Shown here one piece after another: positions 37,709 to 48,048 of a stretch of 64,000 nucleotides of DNA. This stretch comes from a virus: positions 16,430 through 80,429 of the IMG/VR virus record IMGVR_UViG_3300020198_000009. One strand, 5' to 3'. The notes beneath the pieces were generated by a model that worked only from the letters and a program-made list of their open reading frames with translations, was not told where the DNA came from and searched no databases. The position numbers and the translations under genes were made by a program. The first letter of the stretch is position 1; each line of letters starts with the position of its first letter.

Positions 37709-37998
37709 GGGGTAGCCTCCCCGGACGGCTCCTGCGCCTCCATGAAGTCCGGAAGCAAGCGCCGACTGATGCCGCTCTCCGAGAGAATGTTCCAGACGAC
37801 ACCGCCATTGACGAGCCGAGCAGCCTGGTCTTCGAGGACGTCGACACCGACCCATGCCTCCTCGTCGGTCTCGAACTGCGAACGGATGGACCGGAAGACC
37901 TCCTGGCGCTCGGCGGCGGGCTTGCGCATGGCGAGCGGATTTGCGCGCAGCGCCGCCAGAAAGCCCTGGTCGAGTTGGCGCGCCTCGTCTATTCCCAT
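37705..37998 (-). CDS. Hypothetical protein
   Basis: ATG 37998; ATGA coupling downstream. Confidence 0.5.
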   Translation of the reverse strand: MGIDEARQLDQGFLAALRANPLAMRKPAAERQEVFRSIRSQFETDEEAWVGVDVLEDQAARLVNGGVVWNILSESGISRRLLPDFMEAQEPSGEATP

Positions 37999-38139
37999 GG
38001 ATCGATCTCGCTCTCGAACTCCTTGTCGGCCAGCGCCTGGCGCAACCAGGGATCGATCGGGGCCACCTCGCCCGGGATGGTCTGACTGGTCTCGTCCATG
38101 AATAATAAGGATAGCAGGTAGGACCAGCAGGAGCAACCA

Positions 38140-38694
38140 TTGGATCGAGCCTGGGAAATCGCCGCCGCCCTCGACTTCGTGGCCGAGTGCCGGGGCAAGG
38201 CGGCCGCCATCCACATCGGCCCCAACTCGGAGCGCCTGGCCGAGAAACTCCTGGTCATGCGCCGCATTCCTACCGAACGCGCCCCGCTCGACGCAATCGG
38301 CAAGCAGCGATTTGCGCGGGCATTCGAGAATCTTTCCGAAGAAGGGAAAGACCGCCTGTCGGTGCGCGTCCAGCCCTTCAAGCAGGCCAGCGAGTTCGCC
38401 TACATCTCCGAAGTGCCCATCGCCGGCGAGCACTTCTCGAACCAGCGCCTGGAAAACGACTACATGTTCAAGCATCCGGTCATCAGCACGCTCCATCCAG
38501 CCCCCTGGGTCGGGGCGGCGCTGGGGGCCGTCGTGGGCCGACGGTTACACAAGAACCTCCTGGGCTCGGCCATGATCGGCGGCTCCGCCGGCCTGCTCGC
38601 CGAGGGCGCCCATCGCCTGAATTTCCTGCTCGGGGCCCGCAAACAGCTCCAGGCAGGCAAGAACCCGCTCGATCGCAGGTTCGCCAAGCTGTGA
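38140..38694 (+). CDS. Hypothetical protein with Gly-rich hydrophobic hairpin
   Basis: AGGAG SD before TTG; AGGTAGGACCA site at 38116-38126. Confidence 0.5.
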   Translation: MDRAWEIAAALDFVAECRGKAAAIHIGPNSERLAEKLLVMRRIPTERAPLDAIGKQRFARAFENLSEEGKDRLSVRVQPFKQASEFAYISEVPIAGEHFSNQRLENDYMFKHPVISTLHPAPWVGAALGAVVGRRLHKNLLGSAMIGGSAGLLAEGAHRLNFLLGARKQLQAGKNPLDRRFAKL

Positions 38695-38885
38695 CCAGCG
38701 AGTTCCTGGTGAACTGGCACCACGTCGCCCTGGCGGGATTGTTCGCCGTCAGCCCCCTCCTGCTCGCCGGCCTCATCATCCTGGCCAGCATCCTCCAGGG
38801 CCGCTGTACGGCCTGCGCCGGGAAGCTCGCCGGCAGGCACTTCCCCTGGTGGCTGTGCGCGGCATGCAAGGCGGGCAGACCATGA
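38691..38885 (+). CDS. Small membrane protein with two CxxC motifs
   Basis: GTGA overlap; hydrophobic helix, then CTAC...CAAC. Confidence 0.4.
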   Translation: MTSEFLVNWHHVALAGLFAVSPLLLAGLIILASILQGRCTACAGKLAGRHFPWWLCAACKAGRP

Positions 38886-39997
38886 TCCGCACCACCAAGT
38901 CGCTCTACCTGCGCACGGTCGAACTGGCCAAGGACACGGTACCCGAGCCCTTCCTGAATTACGGCCACGCCGACGATCTGGGCCTGGGCTGGTTTCCATC
39001 GCGCGAGGCGTTCTCGGACAATGCCGATCCGGTCTTTTGGCGTGGGTTGCCACGCTTCTGCGGGGCGGTCTTCCCCTACCGCCACAACTTCCAGACCCTC
39101 TCACACCTGACCATCATCCCCTATACCGAATTCAATCAGCTCGATCGCCAGAAACGCTTCTGTCTGCCCAACCGGCGACGCACCGGCAAGACGCCCGCCG
39201 GAGTCTTCGGCATCGAGCGCCTGCGCCGCAAACACAAGGTCCTGGTGGTCACCGACGACGAGGCCGCGGTCTGCAAGGATCCCGACACGATCGCCGTGAG
39301 CAACCTCGACGCCACCCTGATTCGCTTCATCTGCCGCGCGGCCCACAACATCGAGGTACAGGGCTCGACCGCGGGCTGGACGGCCAGGATGTTCGATCTC
39401 GCGCGCCATGGCACCCCGGTGAGCGTCAACGGCGTGGACATGGTCGAGCACGTCGCGGGCAAGATCCTGGAGATGTTCCACCAGCGCGCATCGCTGCCCA
39501 TCCTGACCCACCGCGCCGTCGAGTACCTCAACTGCCTGCTGCCCATCCAGCGCATGGCCGTCATCGGCATCCTCAAGCAGGAGCACAACCTCGATCTGTC
39601 CCGCACGTTGCCCGACGACTTCCATGTCTTCCGCCGCGAGGGGGATTTCTATGATGCCGTGGGGCAGGCGCTCCGTGCCAAGCTGGCCGACGCGCGCTTC
39701 GAACCGCCTTTCGGGATCCAGGTGACCAGCCGGGACGGCAGGCGCCTGCTGGTGCCCTACGAACGGGGAGTCCTGGGGGCGGTACTGGCCGAGCTGGTGG
39801 GCGCCAGGCTCGACCTGCTCGACTGGGCCTATGATCAATTGCAGGAGCTCCCTCACTTCTATCTCTTCAAGGAGCACGAGCAGCTGGCCACCCGGGCCGA
39901 GGTCTCGCGCAAGGTCGAAGAGGTGGCCCTGGCCGTCTTGAGCCGCATGGCCGCCGAGGCCGACGCCCGCAAACCGATCGGGAGGATAGCGCAATGA
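38882..39997 (+). CDS. Hypothetical protein, possibly a degenerate primase/TOPRIM fold
   Basis: AVFPY...GVFGIE...KVLVVTDD resembles DnaG architecture but lacks the EG..D motif. Confidence 0.4.
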   Translation: MIRTTKSLYLRTVELAKDTVPEPFLNYGHADDLGLGWFPSREAFSDNADPVFWRGLPRFCGAVFPYRHNFQTLSHLTIIPYTEFNQLDRQKRFCLPNRRRTGKTPAGVFGIERLRRKHKVLVVTDDEAAVCKDPDTIAVSNLDATLIRFICRAAHNIEVQGSTAGWTARMFDLARHGTPVSVNGVDMVEHVAGKILEMFHQRASLPILTHRAVEYLNCLLPIQRMAVIGILKQEHNLDLSRTLPDDFHVFRREGDFYDAVGQALRAKLADARFEPPFGIQVTSRDGRRLLVPYERGVLGAVLAELVGARLDLLDWAYDQLQELPHFYLFKEHEQLATRAEVSRKVEEVALAVLSRMAAEADARKPIGRIAQ

Positions 39998-41454
39998 CCC
40001 CCTACGAGCACTACCTGCTGGCCAAGGAAGCGAACTGGCTGGGGAATATCGGCCAGGGGTTTGCGCAAGCCGGCCGCAACGTCGGCCAGGCCGCCAAGCA
40101 GACCTGGACATTCGCGCGCAACCAAGGCCAGGAGCAGTCGGCCAATTGGTTTGGCCGCCAGCTGGGTGAAAACGCCATACGGGGCTATCGCAACGAGCCC
40201 CTCTCAGCCTGGGGGCAACTCAAGGCCTTCGGGGTCGGCGTCTTGAGTCCGACTGCCGGCCAGGCCATGCTCGCCAGCCACTCGGGCGGGCGGGCAGTCG
40301 GGGGCGCTCAGGCGATCGCCGACTGGGCGCGGCCCCACCTGGCTCGCTTCGGTCGGCCCAAGCCCCAACCGGTCCATCCGGGGCTGCTGATCGCCGGCGG
40401 CCTGGGTGCCGGGGCGGCGGGCTACGGGGCCGCCCGGCTCATCGACGCCAAACAGCAGGAGGCCCAGGCGCAACGCCAGAACGCCCTGCTATCGCGCCAA
40501 TTGACGCCCTACGAGGAGGCTCCGTACCAGAAGGTCGCCCAGATCCGGGCCCTGCTGGACACCGAGCGCGACCTGCGCGCGGGCCTGATGGCCTCAGCCA
40601 AGGCCGCCGCGGCCCGGCGTGCCGAAGCCTGGCGCCACGGATCCCGCGAGGCCGAAGCCGAATCGGAAGGCGAGCCGGGCGGCGTCAAGCGGGCCGAGCT
40701 CGATCGCACCGCCACCAGGCTCCTGCGCGCCATCGAGCCGAAGTATGGCGGCTGCTGCCAGGATCTCGTCGAAGGCAAGGCGCTCGACAACGCCCATGCC
40801 CGTGGTGACCACCTACTAACCGAAAACGATGTCCAGAAAGCCTGGCGGGAGCATGGCCGGCCCTACCTCATCCGTGAGAAGCTCGAAAAATCCGAGAGCT
40901 TGCCACACAAACTCGCCAGCCGCATCTTCCTGGGCGGGGCGGTCTCGGGCCCGCAGGCCAACTGGCGTGAGGGGATCAAGCGCAAGCTCTGGGAGAAGGG
41001 CCACAGCGTCATCGATCCCCGCAAGCCCTTCGTCAAGTGGAATCCGCTCTCGGACATCTACAAGGAGCTCGCGGGCATGATGAGGGCCGACAAGGTGTTC
41101 TTCTTCCGGCCCGGGGGCTTTTCTGAGCGCGAGAAGGCCGTGCTGGAGGCCGCGAAGAAACCCTACCAGGTGGTGCGCAAGCCCGAGGAGATCGTCCAGG
41201 CCGTCGAACAGAAGCGGGCCTACGATGCTATGCTGCCGGTCGATCTGCGCGGGGCCGGGACCCAGACGCCCTCGGCCTTCCCGGTCGACCAGCACGGCCA
41301 GCCCATGACCACCTTGCGCGGCATGCTCGAAGGCGACCTCGCTATGATCACCCTGGCAAGGTACCTGCGCGACAAGAAGCTCAGCGAATTCGATCCCATC
41401 CTCTTGTCGCTGCTCGAACAGGCGGGCAAGCGCGCACTGACCAGGAGGCCCTGA
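39994..41454 (+). CDS. MTPY-leader polyprotein containing a nucleoside 2-deoxyribosyltransferase-like domain
   Basis: MTPYEHYLLAKEA; KLA|SRIFLGGAVSG..NWR...VIDPR...ELAGMMRADKVFF at about 40918-41210. Confidence 0.6.
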   Translation: MTPYEHYLLAKEANWLGNIGQGFAQAGRNVGQAAKQTWTFARNQGQEQSANWFGRQLGENAIRGYRNEPLSAWGQLKAFGVGVLSPTAGQAMLASHSGGRAVGGAQAIADWARPHLARFGRPKPQPVHPGLLIAGGLGAGAAGYGAARLIDAKQQEAQAQRQNALLSRQLTPYEEAPYQKVAQIRALLDTERDLRAGLMASAKAAAARRAEAWRHGSREAEAESEGEPGGVKRAELDRTATRLLRAIEPKYGGCCQDLVEGKALDNAHARGDHLLTENDVQKAWREHGRPYLIREKLEKSESLPHKLASRIFLGGAVSGPQANWREGIKRKLWEKGHSVIDPRKPFVKWNPLSDIYKELAGMMRADKVFFFRPGGFSEREKAVLEAAKKPYQVVRKPEEIVQAVEQKRAYDAMLPVDLRGAGTQTPSAFPVDQHGQPMTTLRGMLEGDLAMITLARYLRDKKLSEFDPILLSLLEQAGKRALTRRP

Positions 41455-41455
41455 C

Positions 41456-42064
41456 ATGACCCCGTACGAGTGCTACATGGAGCTGATGAAGACGGCCCAT
41501 TCGGCCGAGATGGATCGCCTATCGGACCTGGAAAAGGAAGCTTTCTTCGGGGCGCTGGCAGCGGGACTTGGTCGCGGTTTCGCGGGGGCGGGCGCGGCGA
41601 TGCGCGCGGGTGGCGGATTGGGGCAAACCCTCGGCGCTTTTACCAGCCGGTTCAGCCGGGGATGGAGATCCGCCACGCAGCCGCGAGTAGCGAGCCGGGG
41701 CCTCGGCACCAACCAAACCTTCAGACGGCCCCCAAGACCGGCAGCGCCCACTTCAACCGCCACGGCGAGTGGCCAGACGTCTTCGGGAGTCGCCAGCGGC
41801 AACGCCCCGGGCTTCATGGGCACGCCCATCGGAACGACCATGAAGAACTGGAAACAGATGACCCCGGCTGAGATGATGCAAGGGGCAGGATCGGTCCTGG
41901 CGGGCGCCGGCGGCCTGCTCACCGGCCTGGGGCTCATGCGGCCGGCCGCCAAGGCGCGCAGCCTCATGGGTCCGGCCGCGACGGTCGCCACCGGCCTGGC
42001 CATCGGCGGTGGCCTCTCGGGAGCGGGCAAGGCCCTGGCGGGTCCGGGATACACCAACTACTAG
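41456..42064 (+). CDS. MTPY-leader Gly-rich protein
   Basis: MTPYECYMELMKTA...EKEAFF; AGGAGG SD. Confidence 0.65.
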   Translation: MTPYECYMELMKTAHSAEMDRLSDLEKEAFFGALAAGLGRGFAGAGAAMRAGGGLGQTLGAFTSRFSRGWRSATQPRVASRGLGTNQTFRRPPRPAAPTSTATASGQTSSGVASGNAPGFMGTPIGTTMKNWKQMTPAEMMQGAGSVLAGAGGLLTGLGLMRPAAKARSLMGPAATVATGLAIGGGLSGAGKALAGPGYTNY

Positions 42065-42077
42065 GAGGGCAGGCACC

Positions 42078-42500
42078 ATGACCCCATACGAGCTGTACAT
42101 GGCCAGGCAGAAGGAAGCGGCCTGGTCCGACTTCACCGATGCGTTCGTGAACGCCAAGAACTACTTCGGCGGTCGCAATCCCCAGGGGCTCAGGCAGGCC
42201 GCCACCGCCGCCAAGTTCGGCTTGGGCGATCTCGGCCGAGGGGCCGCCAATGTCTTGGGGCACATCCCCCAGGCCTATCCCCACCTGGCCGGCGCCGCCA
42301 CCGCCGCCAGCCTCGGCAGCATGGCCCTGGGGGGTCTGCGGGCCCTGCGCGAAGACCGCATGGCCGCCCAGGCCGGCCAGGAAGTCACCAGGGCCTTCAA
42401 GCCGCAGGCCACCAGACTGACCGACAGCGGCAAACTCGCCCTGGTAGGGGCTGCCGGCGTCGGCGGCGGCTACCTGCTCGGCCGGGCCGGCAACCAGTAG
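42078..42500 (+). CDS. MTPY-leader Gly/Ala-rich protein
   Basis: MTPYELYMARQKEAAW; AGGAGG SD. Confidence 0.65.
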   Translation: MTPYELYMARQKEAAWSDFTDAFVNAKNYFGGRNPQGLRQAATAAKFGLGDLGRGAANVLGHIPQAYPHLAGAATAASLGSMALGGLRALREDRMAAQAGQEVTRAFKPQATRLTDSGKLALVGAAGVGGGYLLGRAGNQ

Positions 42501-42507
42501 GCACGCC

Positions 42508-42912
42508 ATGTCTCCCTACGGCCTGTACATGGCGCAAAAACGCGGCAGTATCCACGGCGTGTTTCCCGAACTCGCCGCCGGGCCCGGGGTGCTCGACGCC
42601 ATGGCCACGGCCTGGCGAGACATGCGCCATACCCGCATCCGCTCGCAGCGCGACGCACTCCTGGCCCAGGCCGATACGGCCGCCAGCCCCGCCCAGGCCA
42701 GCCGCCTGCGCGTCCAGGCCAACCAGCTGAGAGCCAAGCTGCCACTTCCGCCGCGACACGGACCGGCAGCCCCCGCGCGGGCCGATAGCCGGCATCACCC
42801 CGCCTTCGATCCGCCGCCGATTCCCGAATCGCCCGGCTCCTACGAGGAGCTGGCGGCCATGCGCGATCGGGCACGCCAGCTCGCCCAGGGCCAGACACCA
42901 GCCAAGCGATAA
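42508..42912 (+). CDS. MSPY-leader protein
   Basis: MSPYGLYMAQKRG. Confidence 0.55.
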   Translation: MSPYGLYMAQKRGSIHGVFPELAAGPGVLDAMATAWRDMRHTRIRSQRDALLAQADTAASPAQASRLRVQANQLRAKLPLPPRHGPAAPARADSRHHPAFDPPPIPESPGSYEELAAMRDRARQLAQGQTPAKR

Positions 42913-42916
42913 GGCC

Positions 42917-45900
42917 ATGCGCGCGCCAGCCGAGACCCACCAGGCGATGACCCGGGCGCTGGAAGCCGGCCTCAAGCAGGTATTCCCGGTTGCGGCCGGC
43001 AACCGCATGCTCGATCTGGTCGCGGTCCATGCCCCCGACCTGCCGGATCCCCATGACTGGAACGGCCAGAAGGACGCGGTCATGGATGGTAGGACCTGGG
43101 GCAGCCCACTGCGCGCCACCCTGGCGCTCAAGGATGCACAGGGCAAGGTGCTCGACCAGAAGGCCGTGAGGCTGGCCACCATACCGGCTCCGACCAATCG
43201 CCACACGTTCATCGTCGATGGCCGGGAGTACCAGGTCAACTACCAGCGCCGGCTGAAACCCGGGATCTACACCAAGGTCGATCGCACCGGCGCACCGGTG
43301 GCCGACTTCAACCTCGGACATGGCCGCAACTTCGCCGTCACGCTCGACCCGGAACGGAACCAGTTCCATCTGCGCCTGGGCAACGCCCACATCCCCCTGG
43401 GCCATGTCCTGGCTGGCCTGCGCGAATCGGGAGATCCCTCCCTGGGGCTGGGCAAGGCCTTCGAGCACCCGGCGGGCCCGGAGGAGACCGAGCGCGCCTT
43501 GCGGGAATTCTATGTCCAGACCCACCGCAACAAACCCATCCCTGCCGACCTGGCAGGCCTCAAGGCCGCCGTCCGCACCTGGTTCGACCACGCTACGCTC
43601 TCGCCCGAGACCACCCGGCTCACGGTCGGCGAATCCTACGGCCATGTCACCGACCAGGCGTTGCGGACTGCCGCGAGGCATGTCCTGGAAATCCACCGCG
43701 GCGATCGTCATCCGACCCACAAGGATCAGCTGGCTTACCAGGAGATCCACGGGGTCGAGGACTTCCTCAAGGAACGCCTGGTCAAGAACAAGCTGGGGCT
43801 GCACGGCCGGTTGCGCCAGACCCTCGATCGGGCCGACAAGCTCGCGGACCTCAACCTACCGGCGACCTTCGGGCCGTCAGTGCACCACTTCTTCACCCAG
43901 AGCTCGCTCTCGAACCATCCCATGCAGGTCAACCCGCTGGAAATGGCCGAGAACGCCCACAAGATCACCTCGATGGGCGAAGGCGGCATCGGAGACGCCA
44001 ACGCCATCCCGATCGAGGTCAGGAACATCCATCCATCCACGTTGGGCTTCATCGACCCGGTCCGCACGCCCGACAACGCCCATGCCGGCGTGGATGTCCG
44101 CACCACCGTGCGCTCCCGCAAGGTCGGGAACCAGCTGGCGATTCCCGTCCGCGATGCCAGGACCGGCCGGGAGGTCTTCAAGACCCCTGGCGAGCTGTTC
44201 GACACGCACGTCGCCCACGACAGGGAGCCCGCCGAGAACGGCGTGGTACGCGCCATCCACCAGGGCCATGTCGTCTGGGCAAAGCCAGAGCAGATAGACT
44301 ACCACCTCCCGACCGAGCACCAGTTCACGGTCAGTACGGCCCTGGTGCCCTTCATCCCCAACAGCCACGCCCACCGGGTGGCCATGGGCGCCAAGATGCT
44401 GGGCCAAGCCGTCAGTCTCGACGACCGCGAGGCGCCGATCGTGCGGACCGCCCATGCAAATACCGCGATCTCGGGCCTGTTGCCGCGCAGCCCGGTCGAC
44501 GGGACCGTGGCCACGATCGTGAACGGAGCCATCAAGATCCAGGACAAGGACGGCAAGAGTCACCTCGCGCACTATCCGCACGAGTTTCCGCTCAACGGCG
44601 GCTCGTTCCTGCATGCAGACCTGCATGTCAAGCCCGGCGACCGGGTCTCGCAAGGGCAGGTCCTCGGCGACTTGAACTTCACCCGCGACGGCAACCTTGC
44701 ACTTGGAAAAAATTTAACCGTTGCTTATCTGCCGTATCGTGGCCATAACTTCGAAGACGGCCTGGTGGTTACCGAACAGGGTGCCCGCAAGCTTACCAGC
44801 AGCCACCTGCATACCGAAGTCGCCCTCAAGGACGGCCGCAACGTCTACGATCTCAAGCAGTTCAAGGGCCACTTCCCCTCGACCTACACCCACGAGCAGC
44901 TCGGCAAACTCGATCCCCATGGCGTGGTACGCGTGGGCCAGGAGGTCGTCGAGGGCGACCCGCTGGTCGCGGGCCTGCGCAAGCGCGTGGTCGATCCCGA
45001 GCAGCTCATCCTGGGTAAGGCCCACAAGGGCCTCATGGAGCCCTACCGGGACGCCAGCCTGACCTGGGACAAGCCCTACGCCGGCAAGATCACGGCCGTA
45101 TCCAAGACCGGCGACCAAATAAAGGTGACCATCCAGGCCAAGGCGCCGCTCCAGTTGGCCGACAAAATCTCTAATTTGTACGGCGCGAAGGGCGTCGTGA
45201 CAACGATCATCCCCGACCACGAGGCGCCCCGGACAGCCAGCGGTGAGATCCCCGACGTCATCCAGAACTCGGCGGGCCTGATCAGCCGCATGAACAACGG
45301 CCAGCTCTACCACCTGACCGCCGCCAAGGCCGTCAAGGCCCTGGGGCTCGATCACATGGTCTTCCCGCAGTTCCTGGGCCAGGACGCCCACGAAGTGGTC
45401 TCGCGCCTGGCCGAAAAGGCCGGCATCGCCCCGGAAGAAGAGCTGTTCGACCCCAAGACCAATCGCAGTCTGGGTAAGGTGATGATCGGCCCGCAGTACA
45501 TGCTCAAGCTCTTCAAACAAGCCGAGACCGGCTTCTCGGCGCGGGCCGGCGGGCGTTATGACGTCGATCTGCGACCGGCCAAGGGCGGCGAGGAGGGGGC
45601 CAAGTCCATCGGCTACCTCGACGTCTTCGGGTTGCTCAGTCACGGCAGCCGTGGCCTGTTGCGCCAGGCGGCGACCACCAATGCCGAATTCAACCCCGAG
45701 GTCTTGCAAGCCATATGGCGGGGCCAGCCCCTGCCGCCCCCCAGGCCCACGTTTGCCTGGCGGAAGTTCGAGGCCATGTTGCGCGGGGCGGGCGTCAACG
45801 TCACCCAGGACGGCCACAAGCTGGTCATGCTGCCGATGACCGACCAGGACACCCTGCGAGTCTCGCAGGGCCAGATCCGCAAACCCCTGCTGGTCAACGC

Positions 45901-47206
45901 CAAGGAGGACCCTCGCACCGGCCTGCCCTTCCGGCCCGAAACGGGCGGTCTGTTCGATCACGAGTCCACCGGCGGCCTGGTCGGCAACAAGTGGTCGCAT
46001 ATCACGTTGCCCGAGCCCGTGGTGAGCCCGCTGTTCGCCCGGCCGGCCCGCATCCTGCTCGGAATGAGCCAGCAGGCTTTCGGTGAGACGATGGCCACCG
46101 AGGGCGGGGCGGGTATCGCCAAGCGCCTGGCCGGGATCGATCCGAAGACGCGCATCGCCGAACTCGGCGAGCGGCTCAAGACGACCAGCGCGGCGGCCAA
46201 GCGCGACCAGATCCACAAGCAGCTCAAGTACCTCAAGCCGCTGGCCGCCCACGGCATCAGCCCGGCCGACGCGTACGTCGTGCGCCATGTGCCGGTCATC
46301 CCTCCCGCGATGCGGCCCATCTACCCGGACGCCGACACCGGCAAGCTGGTCAACTCGGATGCCAACCTGCTCTACCAGCACCTGCTGCTCATCGGGGATC
46401 AGCTGGCCCACCACCAGCACGAGGGCGATCCCGACACCGTGCGCGAATTGCGCCTGGGGCTGCATGACGCCCTGGCCAAGGTGCAGGGCCTCGACCCGAC
46501 CACTGAATCCATGGGCAAGGGCTACGAGCCGCAGGGCTTCCTCAAGCTCATCACGGGCTCGCGCGCCAAGGAAGGCTTCTTCCAGAGTAAATTGCTCTCG
46601 CGGCGCCAGGACATCGCCGGCCGCGGGGTCATCACGCCCAATCCGGCGCTGGGTATCGACGAGCTGGGCTTGCCTGAGCCGATGGCCTGGAAGCTCTACC
46701 GCAACCATGTGGTGGGTGAGTTGACCCGGGCCGGCCTGCCGCTCGAAAGTATCGCCAAGCATGTCGAAGAGCAGACACCCCTGGCGCGCAAGGCCCTGCA
46801 AGCAACCATGGCCGACAATCCGGTGATCATGACCCGGGCGCCCAGCCTGCACCGCTTCAACCTCATGGCCTTCAAGCCGCAACTGACCAGCGGCAAGCAC
46901 ATCGAGGTTCCAAACCTGGTCGTCAAGGGCTTTAACGCTGACTTCGACGGTGACGCGGTCAACGTCCACATCCCCATCACCCCGGAGGCCAAGGCCGACG
47001 CCTGGCGCGTGCTGCCATCGAAGAACCTATTCTCGACGCTCAACAAGAGCCCGATGCACACGCCCAGCCAGGAGGTCACCATGGGGCTCTGGAAGCTCGG
47101 CCAGCCCAATGGTAAGGCCACCCGGACCTTCAAGAGCCGCGCCGAAGCCATCGCCGCCTACAAGAAGGGCGACATCGGCATCGCCGACCCGATCGAAATA
47201 GGTTGA
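42917..47206 (+). CDS. Phage multisubunit RNA polymerase: beta fused to the beta' N-terminal (catalytic) part
   Basis: Beta motifs VRNIHPS..G.IDPVRTP, MGAKMLGQAV, GHNFEDG, DKISNLYGAKGV and YMLKL; beta' motifs VPVIPPAMRP, GRGVITP, RAPSLHR and NADFDGD (46934-46954). Confidence 0.92.
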   Translation: MRAPAETHQAMTRALEAGLKQVFPVAAGNRMLDLVAVHAPDLPDPHDWNGQKDAVMDGRTWGSPLRATLALKDAQGKVLDQKAVRLATIPAPTNRHTFIVDGREYQVNYQRRLKPGIYTKVDRTGAPVADFNLGHGRNFAVTLDPERNQFHLRLGNAHIPLGHVLAGLRESGDPSLGLGKAFEHPAGPEETERALREFYVQTHRNKPIPADLAGLKAAVRTWFDHATLSPETTRLTVGESYGHVTDQALRTAARHVLEIHRGDRHPTHKDQLAYQEIHGVEDFLKERLVKNKLGLHGRLRQTLDRADKLADLNLPATFGPSVHHFFTQSSLSNHPMQVNPLEMAENAHKITSMGEGGIGDANAIPIEVRNIHPSTLGFIDPVRTPDNAHAGVDVRTTVRSRKVGNQLAIPVRDARTGREVFKTPGELFDTHVAHDREPAENGVVRAIHQGHVVWAKPEQIDYHLPTEHQFTVSTALVPFIPNSHAHRVAMGAKMLGQAVSLDDREAPIVRTAHANTAISGLLPRSPVDGTVATIVNGAIKIQDKDGKSHLAHYPHEFPLNGGSFLHADLHVKPGDRVSQGQVLGDLNFTRDGNLALGKNLTVAYLPYRGHNFEDGLVVTEQGARKLTSSHLHTEVALKDGRNVYDLKQFKGHFPSTYTHEQLGKLDPHGVVRVGQEVVEGDPLVAGLRKRVVDPEQLILGKAHKGLMEPYRDASLTWDKPYAGKITAVSKTGDQIKVTIQAKAPLQLADKISNLYGAKGVVTTIIPDHEAPRTASGEIPDVIQNSAGLISRMNNGQLYHLTAAKAVKALGLDHMVFPQFLGQDAHEVVSRLAEKAGIAPEEELFDPKTNRSLGKVMIGPQYMLKLFKQAETGFSARAGGRYDVDLRPAKGGEEGAKSIGYLDVFGLLSHGSRGLLRQAATTNAEFNPEVLQAIWRGQPLPPPRPTFAWRKFEAMLRGAGVNVTQDGHKLVMLPMTDQDTLRVSQGQIRKPLLVNAKEDPRTGLPFRPETGGLFDHESTGGLVGNKWSHITLPEPVVSPLFARPARILLGMSQQAFGETMATEGGAGIAKRLAGIDPKTRIAELGERLKTTSAAAKRDQIHKQLKYLKPLAAHGISPADAYVVRHVPVIPPAMRPIYPDADTGKLVNSDANLLYQHLLLIGDQLAHHQHEGDPDTVRELRLGLHDALAKVQGLDPTTESMGKGYEPQGFLKLITGSRAKEGFFQSKLLSRRQDIAGRGVITPNPALGIDELGLPEPMAWKLYRNHVVGELTRAGLPLESIAKHVEEQTPLARKALQATMADNPVIMTRAPSLHRFNLMAFKPQLTSGKHIEVPNLVVKGFNADFDGDAVNVHIPITPEAKADAWRVLPSKNLFSTLNKSPMHTPSQEVTMGLWKLGQPNGKATRTFKSRAEAIAAYKKGDIGIADPIEIG

Positions 47207-47224
47207 ATTAGAACACCCTTTCGA

Positions 47225-47254
47225 TTGCAACCAACCAAGGAAGCGTCGTATCGT
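47225..47254 (+). promoter_or_regulatory. Putative host-sigma70-type promoter (TTGCAA-N18-TATCGT), leaderless
   Basis: -10 box lies 6 nt before ATG 47261; no SD. Confidence 0.45.
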
Positions 47255-47260
47255 GGTTGC

Positions 47261-47938
47261 ATGTCCGAGAAGCGCTACAAGCCCTACGTCTGGGTCACCT
47301 GGATCACCAAGCTGCTGGCTGGCGAATCGCATTGTCGCTGGTCGGCCTGGTTCCGGGCCAACTACAAGTACAGCAAGCTGCCGAGCGATTTCTCGTTCGC
47401 CAAATGGAAGGCCGAGCACTCGGAACTGGTCAGCAGGCGCGCCAAGGAGCTGCGCGACGCGGGCTACACGGTCAAGCTGGAAGACCAGAACGCCTTCAAG
47501 CTCGACGGCCGAAACGGCGTGACACTCGCGGGCAAGCCCGATCTGATCGCCTTCCGGACGGCCGTCGAGAACGACAAGACGACCACCTGGGTGCTGATCT
47601 CGGACGCCAAGACCGGCCAGGTCCGCGACTCGGACTGCGCCCAGGTCAACGTCTACCGCACCATCGCACCGGTCTGCTGGCCGGCCTGGGGGGCGCCGGG
47701 CGTCGTCATCGAGGGCGAGGTGGTCTACAAGGACCAGGTCCTGGCGGTGCCGTTCGATCCCGGCTTCAAGGAGCGGCTGCGCGGTGTGATGGACATGCTG
47801 GCCGGTGCGCCGCCCGAGCGCGTCGCCGCGGGTCCCGAGTGCCGCTTTTGCGACATCGGCCAGGAGGACTGCCCGGATCGCGTCACCGTCCTGGAAGAGG
47901 AGCTGGCCACCGCGGCGGGCGGCCACGACCTGTTCTAG
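47261..47938 (+). CDS. PD-(D/E)XK (Cas4/RecB-like) nuclease
   Basis: GKPDLI...ISDAKTG...QVNVY; one N-terminal Cys plus CRFC......C Fe-S ligands. Confidence 0.8.
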   Translation: MSEKRYKPYVWVTWITKLLAGESHCRWSAWFRANYKYSKLPSDFSFAKWKAEHSELVSRRAKELRDAGYTVKLEDQNAFKLDGRNGVTLAGKPDLIAFRTAVENDKTTTWVLISDAKTGQVRDSDCAQVNVYRTIAPVCWPAWGAPGVVIEGEVVYKDQVLAVPFDPGFKERLRGVMDMLAGAPPERVAAGPECRFCDIGQEDCPDRVTVLEEELATAAGGHDLF

Positions 47939-48048
47939 GGCGAAGGGGCCCCGGGCACCGCAGAGGTGACGGCAAAGGCTTAGACCACGCTCCCGCCTGG
48001 GTCCGGAACTGGCAAGGCGCCGACGCCGTCTAGAACTAAGATATCGCC

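Noticed and set aside
42917-47206. Host rpoB/rpoC locus
   Set aside because: Highly compact and divergent, no ribosomal-protein neighbours, embedded among phage genes
47203-47213. TTGAATTAGAA, a near-match to the late promoter on the minus strand
   Set aside because: Lacks the full TATAAT and points antisense into the RNAP gene
47261-47938. Cas4-like gene as evidence of CRISPR-Cas
   Set aside because: No repeat-spacer array or other cas genes; solo Cas4-like nucleases are common in phages
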